NCBI RefSeq assembly: GCF_037042905.1
Contig: NC_087245.1
Location: 18,540,001 to 18,604,000 of the forward strand
Origin: Lytechinus pictus
Taxonomy: Eukaryota
Reading direction: 5' to 3'
Length of the DNA: 64,000 nt
The position numbers and the translations under genes were made by a program. How positions within the stretch are numbered: the first letter of the stretch is position 1; the number at the start of each line of letters is the position of its first letter. Below, in pieces: positions 25,530 through 37,626 of the stretch. Under the pieces are notes generated by a model, which saw nothing but the letters and a program-made list of their open reading frames with translations, made no database searches and was not told the origin of the DNA.

Positions 25530-27835
25530 TTTTTGTCTCACCTGCATAGCAGAGTGAGACTTTAGGCGCCGCTTGTCTGACGGCGGCGGCATCAACACCA
25601 AATCTTAATCGAAGGTTAAGTTTTTGAAATGACAGCATAACTTAGAAAGTATATGGACCTAGTTAATGAAACTTATAAGGTTAATCAAGTATTACTAAAC
25701 ATCCTGCCTGAGTTTCAGGTCACATGACTAAGGTCAAAGGTCATTTAGGGTCAATGAACTTAGACCATGTTGGGGGAATCAACATCAAAATCTTAACCTA
25801 GGGTTAAGTTTTTGAAATGTCATCATAACTTAAAAAAAATATGGACCTAGTTCATGAAACTTGGACATAAGGTTAATCAAGTATTACTGAACATCCTGCC
25901 TGAGTTTCAAGTCACATGACCAAGATCAAAGGTCATTTAGGGGTCAATGAACTTTGGCCAAGTTGGGGTATCTGTTGAATTACCATCATAGCTTTAAAAG
26001 TTTATGGATCTAATTCATGAAACTTGGACATGAGAGTAATTAAGTATCACTAAACATCCTGTGCAAGTTTCAGGTCACATGATTAAGGTCAAAGATCATT
26101 TAAGGTCAATGAACTTTGGCCAAGTTGGGGGTATTTGTTGAATTAACTTCATAACTTTGAAAGTTTATTGCTCTAATTCATAAAACTTAGACATAAAAGT
26201 AATCAAGTATCACTGAACATCCTTTGCTAGTTTCAGGTCACATGATCAAGGTCAAAGGTCATTTAAGGTCATTGAACTTTGGCCAAATTGGGGGTATTCG
26301 TTGAATTACCATCATAACATTGAAAGTTTATTGGTCTAGTTCATAAAACTTAGACATAAGAGTAATCAAGTATCACTGAACATCCTGTGGGAATTTCAGG
26401 TCACATGACCAAGGTCAATGAACTTTGGCCATGTTGGGGGTATTTGTTGAATTACCATCATAACTTTGAAAGTTTATGGATCTAATTCATGAAACTTGAA
26501 CATAAGAGTAATCAAGTATCAATGAACATCCTGTGCAAGTTTCAGATCGCATGATCAATGTCAAAGGTCATTTAAGGTCAATGAACTTTGGCCAAGTTGG
26601 GGGTATCTGTTGAATTACCATCATAACTTTAAAACTTTATGGATCTGATTCGTGAAACTTGGACATGAGAGTAATTAAGTATCACTAAACATCCTGTGCA
26701 AGTTTCAGGTCACATGATTAAGGTCAAAGATCATTTAAGGTCAATGAACTTTGGCCAAGTTGGGGGTATTTGTTGAATTAACTTCATAACTTTGAAAGTT
26801 TATTGCTCTAATTCATAAAACTTAGACATAAAAGTAATCAAGTATCACTGAACATCCTTTGCTAGTTTCAGGTCACATGATCAAGGTCAAAGGTCATTTA
26901 AGGTCATTGAACTTTGGCCAAATTGGGGGTATTCGTTGAATTACCATCATAACATTGAAAGTTTATTGGTCTAGTTCATAAAACTTAGACATAAGAGTAA
27001 TCAAGTATCACTGAACATCCTGTGGGAATTTCAGGTCACATGACCAAGGTCAATGAACTTTGGCCATGTTGGGGGTATTTGTTGAATTACCATCATAACT
27101 TTGAAAGTTTATGGATCTAATTCATGAAACTTGAACATAAGAGTAATCAAGTATCAATGAACATCCTGTGCAAGTTTCAGATCGCATGATCAATGTCAAA
27201 GGTCATTTAAGGTCAATGAACTTTGGCCAAGTTGGGGGTATCTGTTGAATTACCATCATAACTTTAAAACTTTATGGATCTGATTCGTGAAACTTGGACA
27301 TCAGAGTAATCAAGTATCACTGAACATCCTGTGCAAGTTTCAGGTCACATGATCAATGTCAAAGGTCATTTAAGGTCAATGAACTTTGGCCAAGTTGGGG
27401 TTATTTGTTAAATTACCTTCATAACTTTGAAAGTTTATTGGTCTAGCTAATAAAACTTGGACATGAGAGTAATCAAGTATCGCTGAACATCCTATGCGAG
27501 TTTCAGGTCACATGACCACAGTCAAAGGTCATTTAATGTCATTAAACTTTGGCCATTTTGGAGGTAATTATTAGATTGCTGTCATAACTTTGAAAGATTA
27601 TAGATTTACCGTAGTTTATAGAATGTGGATATAGGGGTACTCAAGTATCACTGACAAGTCTGAGGTAACATGATCAAGGTCAAATGTCATTTATTGTCAA
27701 TGAATGTAGTATTGTATCATTATATGAAAGGTGTGTTTTTTGTGAATAATTATTTTATAGTAGTTTTCAAAGTCAGCACTGCTGCTATATTCAATCGCGT
27801 GATGCAGGTGAGACTGCCAGAGGCACTCCACTTGT
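25530..27835 (+). mobile_element. Helentron-associated (HINE/pearl-like) element with an internal ~163-bp tandem array of about 13 units
   Basis: Subterminal inverted repeat GTCTCACCTGCAT (25535) / ATGCAGGTGAGAC (27802), (GGC)n microsatellite near the 5' end, 3' hairpin TGCCAGAGGCA, T-rich flanks. Confidence 0.75.
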
Positions 27836-27915
27836 CTTTTTTTCAAGCCAGAAACTGTTATGGACTCAGTAATTTTTAAAAGTTGTTGCTTTTTAAAATA
27901 TTATGTTTATTTCAG

Positions 27916-27998
27916 CGTCTGAAGGATGAGAAAGTGAGCAGTTTAACACTAGATGTTGATCAGTATGTAAACAAAGAACATCTCAAAGACTATGATCG
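27916..27998 (+). CDS. PSMF1: PI31, exon 3
   Basis: RLKDEKVSSLTLDVDQYVNKEHLKDYDR; TTTCAG acceptor, GTAAGT donor. Confidence 0.9.
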
Positions 27999-28505
27999 GT
28001 AAGTAAACATCTGTTTCAAGTTTAACAGAGTCAGATGTTATAGTAAGACGTAACCTATACAATAAATGATCACAAGAGCTTGAATTATAGATATTACCAA
28101 AGGAAGATTGTGCTTGTGAAGAAGATATTGCAGAATTTTAGAATAATCATAAGACCCAGGTGCCATGGAACAGTTTTGAAAGTGGGGGGGGGGGGCTGAC
28201 CATGCAAAAAATCACAATCAGATGGTAATTTTTATGTTATAAAAAAGTGAGGTGGCTGAAGCCCCCCAGCCCCCGGGTTCCGCGTCCTCTGAGATCTATT
28301 TCTTTATTGTGTATTGTATATTTTTTTTTTTTGTATGTGTGTGTAATCCCAGTAATTTTTTTACACTGATTTTACAGTATTATTATGGAATAATCATTAG
28401 ACTTGATTTCATAATAATTATGTTGATGTCGATTGCATACGTGCACTGTATTACTGGAAAAAATAACCATCTATGATTTCTTTCTTTCACATATGTTTTC
28501 TCCAG

Positions 28506-28745
28506 TATTTATAGAGACAAAGAACTCCTTCACCAGCTGATTAATGATGATCTGATAGCACCTTTAAACAAGAATCAGACCCCCTCAACCTCTTCCCAGC
28601 AGGCACAGCCAACCAGACAATCCACAGAGCAGAGACAGGGTAGGGAGAGGGAGACGGATCCCCTTAGGGACCCTGACCCACTCAGAGACACAGACCCCCT
28701 AAGAATACCCCCTAGACATCCAGGTCAAGCTGGTCGTCCAGAATG
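28506..28745 (+). CDS. PSMF1: PI31, exon 4
   Basis: IYRDKELLHQLINDDLIAPL...DPLRIPPRHPGQAGRPEW; phase 2/2. Confidence 0.9.
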
Positions 28746-29639
28746 GTGAGTGACTAGTGATTTTCCAACAAAACCACTGAACAGAAAGTGATTATCTTTT
28801 TGTTAGATATCTAATTTGAATGGGGAGATTCTCTGCTTTTACTGGAATATATCTCATTGTCCATGAATAATCCTAAACCACATTGCAAAGAATAGAATGT
28901 TGCTTTTGAGTTGCAAGGGATTAAACATTTACCAGTCTATTGAAGCACTCCTACACACCCCCTATTGTGCACAACTAACAGGAGATAATACTCAATACAT
29001 TTTTTTTAAGGAAAGAGTCACCTCATTATAGAGTTGTGTACTGATTAAGCTCATTCTGTTTTTTGTTATTGACAAGAACAATGTATCAATACAAAAGATT
29101 ATCTGTCATTGGGAGCCCAGACTGTGAAGAAGAAGAAAAAATTGGTTTGTATAATGAAGAAGTAAGTAGGACATTATCTTCAAAGAAACACTGTCAAAAT
29201 ACCACCTCAGGGTTGATTGGTACATCCAAATTTCTATGGTATATGTGAAATATATATATATATATATAAATAGAGAAAAAAACAACTATGATTTGATCAT
29301 TCTGAAAAAAAAAACATGATGAGGTTCAACAGAAAAGTATAAAGTATTACAATTTTTGGCATCAAAATACAAGAGCATAACTGATATTTTGTCCAGTCAC
29401 ATCCACTAACAATAATTGTTTGCTAACTAACTAGTTGGTCATTTCAAGATCTGCATCTGAATATTGAACACAACCATAGGTTATCACTCTTATTCTAATT
29501 TTATGTGATGTGAAGCCCAGTCACCAGCAATAAATCAATTATTAATCAATCAATTTCAGGAAGTAAGCAGGAAATTATATGTTTACCAACTTAACTGTTT
29601 TTATCATTATTATTTGTTGGGTGATAAATACAAGAAATA

Positions 29640-29811
29640 AGATATTCATTTTGTCTCCAACGATACCACAAGGGTAACACGTGCTACTGCTGTGTGAAGT
29701 AGAGTTTGACTGCTGTGAAAAGAAATCGTAGGCAGATCGGGCACGATTCGAAGCCCATGACCTCTGGATTACTAGACCAGTGAGTGTCATAACCACTAGA
29801 CCAATGGACTC
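29640..29811 (-). mobile_element. tRNA-derived SINE or tRNA pseudogene (3' extent approximate)
   Basis: Minus strand GAGTCCAT-TGGTCTAGTGG (A box)...GGGCTTCGAATCG (B-box-like); no clean cloverleaf. Confidence 0.6.
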
Positions 29812-30044
29812 TGGAGTGCCCTTAGTGATCTTTTTTTCTGTACTTCCAGCTAAATCTGTAATGCACAATTACTTTATAGGTTTCTTATCCACTTCATTCT
29901 TCGTTCTGAATAAATAGTTCTTGACCTGGATTCAGAGTAATCAACTGTTGCTCAAATCCAAAAGATTCACATGGTTCCAAAAGATTTGACTTAGGTAGGG
30001 AAAATTGTATGATAAATAATTATGAGTGGTATTCTTGATCACAG

Positions 30045-30197
30045 GGGGCAACCTCGGGATCCTTTTGCTGTTGGTGATGATGACCTGGATCCTTTTGGAC
30101 CCGGTGGAGCAGGGATGTTCATGGATCCATTCAGAGGAGGAATGCCACACAGAGGCATTGATCCTGGAATAGGAATGCCTGGGGGAAGATTACCAAG
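30045..30197 (+). CDS. PSMF1: PI31, exon 5
   Basis: GQPRDPFAVGDDDLDPFGPGGAGMFMDPFRGG...GGRLPR; conserved VG..DLDP and GM..DP motifs. Confidence 0.9.
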
Positions 30198-30814
30198 GTA
30201 ACGTTTTTTCAGAATTTAATTTGGTACAATGAATTAGTTATTATCATAGTACTAGTCGTATAATAAGATTAATTACTTCAATGCATCATTCACTAGAAAC
30301 GGCTCAGCTGGAGTGCAAACTGGGGTGATATACAGTGTTCATTTGATTTGAATTAGCAACTAGATAAAAAACAAATTGTAACTGCTATATATTTGCAGTA
30401 GTAGAAAAGTTTGGATGCATTTCATTGGAAGTAATATACCCCAAAAACGGGTTGACCCTGAAAAGGATTGCATGGTGTAGATTTTTTAGTGTTTTCAGTT
30501 TTTTTGTTTACATGAAGAGGTAAATATATTCAACTAGCCAATTTCATTTATTTATTTATCATATCAAATAACCTGAATTATGGAACTGACAATAATACTC
30601 ATTGATTAGTTGTATATATTTCTATTGTTTACTTCTACATCTATCTGCTAAAGAGTAATGTATACACTTTGTACTTTCAAACCTGTTACTCCATAGGATA
30701 TTTCAATGAATCATGCAATCTTTCTTTGAAAATAATGATTTTAAAATAATAGAATCAATGTTATTACCATTCACTCATATAAAAATTGTTTTTCTGTCAT
30801 TGACCTTTTTGCAG

Positions 30815-30959
30815 AGGGGCGGTACCACCAGGAGCCCGATTTGACCCCATTGGTCCACCCCGACCCGGTGGACCAGGAGGAGGACCACAGGGAGGGTTTG
30901 ATGGGGGTCCAGATCCAGATCATCTTCCCCCTCCTGGCTACGATGATATGTTCATGTGA
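30815..30959 (+). CDS. PSMF1: PI31, last coding exon
   Basis: GAVPPGARFDPIGP...GPDPDHLPPPGYDDMFM*; hallmark PI31 C-terminus. Confidence 0.95.
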
Positions 30960-31649
30960 GGGTCACATTGATACAGAGACTGATATGATTGGATTTCATC
31001 AGGAAAGCTTAGGGTCATTTACACTTGATGTAATAAACTGTCAAAACATCTTACTGGGAAGTAAAATTATATGAAATCTGCATTCATCAGCAAAGCTGAG
31101 GAGCATTTACACGAGATGTTTTAATGTTTTAAACTGTCTAGTCTAAACATCTGCCTGTGATGTCAAATTATCTGCCATGTAAATGTACTAGGAATTCATC
31201 AGCAAAGCTCACCAAACTATCTTAACACTGGACAGTGATGTAAATCTTTGAAGAGGTAAAATAAATTGGAATCAGTTGTGAAAGAATAAATGCACTGTTA
31301 AGGCTGGAGCTGATCAACTGGTTTTTTTTTTAACCGTGCCTGTTGGTGATTTTTCGGCGTAGGCCGGTTGACCAGTGAAGTAAAGAAAAAAAAGCATAAG
31401 AAACTCAGTGTTACCAAAGACAGAGAATATCAACCACTTTGAGAATATATTTCCTTATATAGGTCTATATATATCAAAACTTTTACATGATATGTATTTA
31501 AAACCTATAATCAACCAAATAGGACTATGGAAATAAGATACCGATCAAATAAACACTTGCCCACAATGGGATACAGGGTCACAAAGGCGCCCTACTTTCA
31601 GTATGTTCTTGATTTCTTACAGTCATTGGTATTTAACACAGTACAATAA

Positions 31650-32025
31650 TTATACCCCTGCCAAATGAAGTTTTAAGGGGGTATATAGGAATCAGTGTAC
31701 AATCGGTCAGTCCGTTGCAAATCTTGCAATTCAAACTTCTTCCTCAGTTTTTAACCAATTCTCATTAAACTTGGAACACATATTGGTGTTGGGATAATGA
31801 TGTGCAAGATGCATTTTTTGCATAAATCGAAATTGTGTTGCCATGGTAACGGTACATTATTGCAAAAAATAAGGTAAAAATCTTGCAGTTCGAACTACTT
31901 CCTCAGTAATTAACCGATTCTCATAAAATTTGGCACACATATTTGTCTTGAGGTAAAGATGTGCAAGACATATTTTTTGTGTGTGTTGGAAACTATGTTA
32001 CCATGGTAACATTTTCCCCAAAAAT
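31650..32025 (+). mobile_element. Truncated HINE-like repeat with about two internal units
   Basis: 5' hairpin TATACCCC...GGGGTATA, degenerate GGTC/GTCC microsatellite, duplicated unit AAATCTTGCA.TTC.AACT.CTTCCTCAGT at ~31720 and ~31880. Confidence 0.55.
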
Positions 32026-32249
32026 ACTTGTTAGGATGCATGTTCAGATGTATAGCCACCTTTCTTCATTCTACCTTTGTGTTTGCTCTTTTCAAATGGA
32101 CTGTTCCTTTCAGTTCTGCAATGTTGTGCAAAATTATAAATTCCTTTTAATTGCCACCAGCTTTGGAAGATTTTCCTGCAGATAAACATCTTGAGATTGC
32201 AATGGCTTCTTTGGAGCCGGAACTTGAAACAGATTAGAAGCTATGGATC

Positions 32250-32849
32250 TTAAAGGACAAGTCCACCCTAACAAAAAGTTTATTTGAATAAAAAGAGAAA
32301 AAATCCAACAAGCACAACACTGAAAATTTCATCAAAATCGGATGTAAAATAAGAAAGTTGACATTTTAAGTTTCGCTTAATTATAAAAACAATTATATTC
32401 ACATCCTGGTCGGTATGCAAATGAGGGGACTGATGATATCACTCACTATTTCTTAGGAATTTTATTATATGAAATATGAAATGTTGCAATTTCTCATCGT
32501 TGTCCTGTAAAACAAAGTTTTATTCCTCTTCGAACATGTAGCATTACCATTGTTTTAACATTTTATGGTTCAGTCAAGTTGGTCCTTATTGTCAAATATG
32601 TAAAAATTGAAATTTTGCATAATTCAAACAATATAAAAGCAAAAGAAATAGTGAGTGAAGGATATCATTGACTCTCTCATTTAATGCCGCTGAGTTGTGC
32701 ATAAATCTGTTTTTTGAAAAATAAGCGAAACTCTAAATTGTCGTAACTTATTTTACATCTGATTTTGATGAAATTTTCAGCTGTTTGCTTGTTTGATTTT
32801 TCTCTGTTGATTAAAATCAAAATTTTTCTCAGGTGGACTTGACCTTTAT
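32250..32849. mobile_element. TTAA-end MITE
   Basis: TTAAAGGACAAGTCCACC ... GGTGGACTTGACCTTTA with inverted subterminal blocks. Confidence 0.75.
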
Positions 32850-33928
32850 TAAGGTTCGCGAGGGTTGGCAGTTATGAATTAAAGGTATATTGTAACTAGG
32901 GGATGTTCCATCGAAAGACCAAAAGGATTTTTATGACTACCGGGTATGTGTTCCCTTAAATTATGATATGGGCATATGCATTTAGTAACATGTAGTTTCC
33001 ATGATTTGAGAATCTGATAAGTTGTACGGAAACCAATTACCAGAATCAAGTCACAAAGAAATAAAGTGAATGTACCAGTTGCCAATTTTCAGGAAAATTT
33101 CCAAAGTTTGTAATATTGGGACACATAATAAATTAATATTATTTTTATATAGCAATAAACAGACTTTTTACTTTTATTCACAATGAAAGTGAACAGAATT
33201 TGCAACATTAATTTGCAAGCAAACACCATTCTGAAATTTTAGATGTGTTTATTCCTTGGATATGTGATGTGTAAAAATTGAATTAATGAATTAAATGTTT
33301 ATTTGCAAATACTTTAATTGTAAAAGTTTTTCCATGATGTAAATTTGTCATAAAAAAAATGTTTTAAGTGTTTAGGACCTTTTTCGTGGCTTTAGTAGTG
33401 ATTCGATGAAGTAGTGGCTTGTTGGACCTATAGTTTATGGGAAATGTAATCTTGGTAAATAAATTGGTTTATGTTTGAGTAACAGCAGAGCTGTAAGAAT
33501 ACTTAATGGTGTTTGATAGAAATCAGACAAGCAAGAAATGAATTATCACCGACCTTTTGTAAATCAGCAATATTTACTTCCAACATAGATGACATTTTTC
33601 TCTGTCAACTCAAATTACCTTTTTTTTCTGAAGTGGACTTCATCTTTACTATAGGGGCACCACAGTGGAGGCAACTGCCCCTGATAATTTTCAGAAAGAA
33701 AAAGAAAAGAGGGCGGAAATTGAAGAAAGAATAGTATAAAAGGAGAGTTTGGGGCCGTCTTACAAAAAGTTACAATTTGATCCAATCAGTCGTAACTCTG
33801 TAAATCTATCAGTGTCCTAATTTTTCTACAGGATTTTTGCAAAATGTCCCTTGTAAACAAAGGGGAACATACCAAATTGTCAAGAAAATAATGAATTTAT
33901 GAATGTACATAACATTTTGAACTAACAT

Positions 33929-34366
33929 CAGACCTGCCAACCTCTGGGAATGAAAAACTGTATTCTGTGATTTAAAAAAATGTATTTTTCCCCCAAAAAA
34001 GTGTATTTCATAATAAAATGTGTGGTGCACTCGCTCATCGCGGCGCTCAGGCTGCATGCAAGCTAAAATACGCACTGCTCTTGCAGATAAAAAAACAAAC
34101 ATTGAAACATGTGTATATCTCACCCTGGATTTAACAAAATGATTGAAAAAAAACAAGTTACCTGAAATTACATTGATTTAATAAGCATATTTGTGTAAGT
34201 TTTATGAAATAGAGACATACATGTATAGAGATGATTTTTCTCAATAAATTACGATTTTGTAAAAAACTTTTTTACAAAAACGTATTTTTAAAGAAAAAAC
34301 TTACTGCCGTATTTTGGTTGCAAAAACGTACTAAATACGCCAAAAATGTACTGGTTGGCAAGTCTG
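33929..34366. mobile_element. CAG...CTG MITE with 6-bp TSD, nested in an older small MITE (~33750-34452)
   Basis: TIR CAGACCTGCCAACC / GGTTGGCAAGTCTG; TAACAT on both flanks. Confidence 0.75.
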
Positions 34367-34821
34367 TAACATGCATTTTAGAGGTAGGCATTGCTGGCTT
34401 CCCATAGTTGAGGTTGCTCAGATCAATCGCAACTCTTTGTAAGACGGGTCCCGGAGGTACGTACACCATTTTCCTAACAACTGCTCCTTAAATTGGAAAC
34501 AATTACTTTTTATCCAATTCTATAGTAGAAGAGAACTCTATGGATGTCCTTTGTAATCAAAGGAGATCACACCAAGTTGTCAAGAAATAATCAATTTATG
34601 GATATACATTCATATCTAGAAACATTTTTGAGCATGCATTTTATATGTTGACTTTGCTGGCTTTCCATAGTTGCAATTGATCGCATCAATCATAACTCTT
34701 TTAAAGCTGGGGCCCCGGATGCCTCTGCACCATTATATTTTACATAAGAATGTTGAAGAATGAAAAACACATCAAACAACCAACATAAACAAATAAACAG
34801 CAGGGTATTCTTTTTAATGTT

Positions 34822-34827
34822 TTTATT
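34822..34827 (-). terminator. Candidate polyadenylation signal of PTP4A
   Basis: AATAAA on the minus strand followed by U/GU-rich sequence (TGTTTATTTGTTTATGTTGGTTGTTTG). Confidence 0.4.
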
Positions 34828-37212
34828 CTCTCAGATGTCCTCATACTCACATTAACATGAATAAAATCACATTGTTGAAACAACAGTCAGATATAATCTC
34901 AGACAACTAGTTTTTATTTCCTGCAAGTTCATGACCCTCCAGAGTGTACTTTATTAAGTCAGTTTTCATAGATAAAAATAAGTGTTAGAGTATACTCCAC
35001 CCCACAAAATGAAAAATAAAAACAAATTATTATATAATTAACAAATCATATTAAATATCAATATAAGAAATTCTGAATTGAAATTCATAAATATTAAATT
35101 GAATTGATGACATTTACACACTTGTCCCAAATATCAATTCGGCAAAATGAAAACAAGACAAAGCTAGTAACAGCACAATACATGCATGAAGTACATTAGA
35201 GCTTCAGAAGGATGAGATGATTAAACCAACTAGTGTATTATTTCTGTTAATAAAACCAACGATCCCATTTTGAGCATGAGATTTCAGTACAAGTGTGTCA
35301 ATACAGACAATGAAATTGGATAGTCTACAAAAAAAAATCAAATATTCATACATACATGTAGTACAACAAAGGTTGTAAAATACACATTTCAGCAAAGAAA
35401 TGATGGTACCAAAGAATTCAGAAAGTGATACATTTTAAATCAAATTGGAAGGTGTTAATGAGAAAAAGAAAAGAACCCACCAATTGTAACTGCATGGATC
35501 GTTATCATAAACGAGACTATGTTACGATCAGCGACATGTATGCCAAGAACAGTAAAGAGATTTATCTGGAGAAAAGTAGAGAAATACATGTACAGGTGTG
35601 ATATATTTCTAGAGCTAATTCATCCATGAATATTTGAGTTAGTGGCAGTCATTCATTTTAATACATTCATCCAGAAGATCTAATGTACCAAAAATATTCA
35701 TCTGGATTCCCTTGTTCAAAATAAACAAAACCTTGACATTTTTCATTTAGTTCTTTTCTTCAATAAATTCAAACTTGATTCTGACAATGTTGCACACTAG
35801 ATGCATTGTAAACCATCCCATAATACCTTGCTCCTTAAATGCAGTACATATCAATGAAAAAAAAGGATCAACACTTGCAAGATGACAAAATAAGTATTTA
35901 TCACCACGGTTGAAATAAAGGAGAGAATGGAGCACAATTAATTGGATATAATACTGACACACAAGAAAATACAAGATTACTTCATCAAAATAAAGTCTAA
36001 AGTTGAGGTTATAATCTTATCTAAACATACGTATGAAAGTGACGAAAATCAGAAAGTATTGATAAAGTGGAAATTATAAATATGTGTAGGCTTAAATGTT
36101 TGTTTAGTGAGTTAAAGCTTCAATCTGCAACACAATAGACCTTTTAACTATAATGAATGATAAATTTGAATCGCAAAATGGTGCAGGAATGGGGTGGGGG
36201 TGTAGAGGTTGGTACATTTAGGTTTGCATGCTCCTATGAAATTCAACACATTTCACATCTTACCGTACTTAAATTTCATTCTAAGATTAAAATATAAAAG
36301 TTTATAGGTGACCAAACAGAAACATTTCATTTCAAACATCAACATTTAAAGCATCTAGTATGCCAGTCAAGGCAAAAGCAACATTTCATTATCATTTCTA
36401 TGCATTCTGATGTATTACACACAGGAAGCCGAGGGAAGGAACGGTTCTAGAATAAATACATCAATGATTTCACATTCTATCCTTTCTAAATACAATTATT
36501 AAATCACATTTGAATGCCATAATTCGATAGACACCTTTCATAGATGGTCTGGTCTGTATTCGTCCTATATTATCTGTAGCATAGCATGGGCTCTGTATTG
36601 CTGTACATATCATTCCATTCATCTTGCATTGTCACTGCATGCTACAACACTGCTATACTACTCAGGCTCCACTCTAAAGAACAAATACATTAACAAAAAT
36701 CATTGATGCTAGGATTCACAGGCTGAAGGGCACTGGAACTACTAACGTTATCACACACACACAAAATGTTAATTACATTCAGCACCCATTCAACCTCTTT
36801 GATGGCATAATTTAGCTCCTAGTATATTTTTCTTTAACCACAATCTCTGGATACCATCATATACAAAGACACCTATTTATATCCAAGTCTTACAAATGAA
36901 AGCCCACTCAATCTTTCAAAATTCTGAATGACAAGAGCTAATGAAATCAAGAAGTCAATAAGAGGCTAATCTGAAAGAGTCCTAACTGCTTTATCCGTTA
37001 ATTATTTTTGTTCTCTTAAAATTTTAATGCACACTTTCATAAAACATGGAATCAATAGGCAACTGTAGAATTCCTTATCAAATTTGCTCGAAGCCAAATC
37101 GAATTATAGAAATTCAGTTGAATCCAACCACAGCTGACACATTGCAATTGATACCCAAGTTTTGTGAAATGGCACAGTTCCCTTTCCTTTACTATTTCCT
37201 AGGAGACTCTTA

Positions 37213-37626
37213 GGCCTAAATTCACAAAGGTGGTTTTGGAAACCCACGGTTGAGTCCATGGTTTATGCAGATTTCCTGTATAAATTACGCTTAATTTAGC
37301 GCTTATCGGGCGCGTGTATAAAAAATGTCAAATGCTGATGCGCGCTTTGGTCACAGTGCGCCAAATTGACGACTGTTGTCGTGGTTATCCACGCTATTTT
37401 ATTCATGAGTCCACTCTTCAAACAGTGGACTCGTGAATAAAATAGCGTATCTAACCATGGTAACAGGCGTCAATTTGGCGCATTGTGACAAAAGCGTGCA
37501 TCAGCATTTGACGTTTTTTATACACGCGCCCGATAAGCGCTAAATTAAGCGTAATTTATACAGGAAATCTGCATAAACCATGGATTCAACCGAGGGATTT
37601 TAAAACCACCTTTGTGAATTTGGGCC
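37213..37626. mobile_element. Almost fully palindromic PIF/Harbinger (Tourist-like) MITE
   Basis: ~200-bp arms, ~8-nt loop at ~37416-37423, GGCC termini, TTA on both flanks. Confidence 0.85.

Noticed and set aside
25620..27700. Regular repeat array as a CRISPR locus
   Set aside because: Head-to-tail ~163-bp units without unique spacers, in a eukaryotic intron, no cas genes
29731..29811. Functional tRNA gene
   Set aside because: A and B boxes present, but acceptor and anticodon stems do not pair cleanly; better explained as a SINE head
30948..30959. PI31 C-terminus MFM instead of HbYX-type MYL
   Set aside because: Conservative Tyr-to-Phe change; probably common outside vertebrates, so not treated as novel
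5001..30959. Functional F-box/PI31 gene pair (as in the FBXO7-PI31 complex)
   Set aside because: The F-box protein is Emi1-type with a ZBR and no FP domain; adjacency is probably incidental
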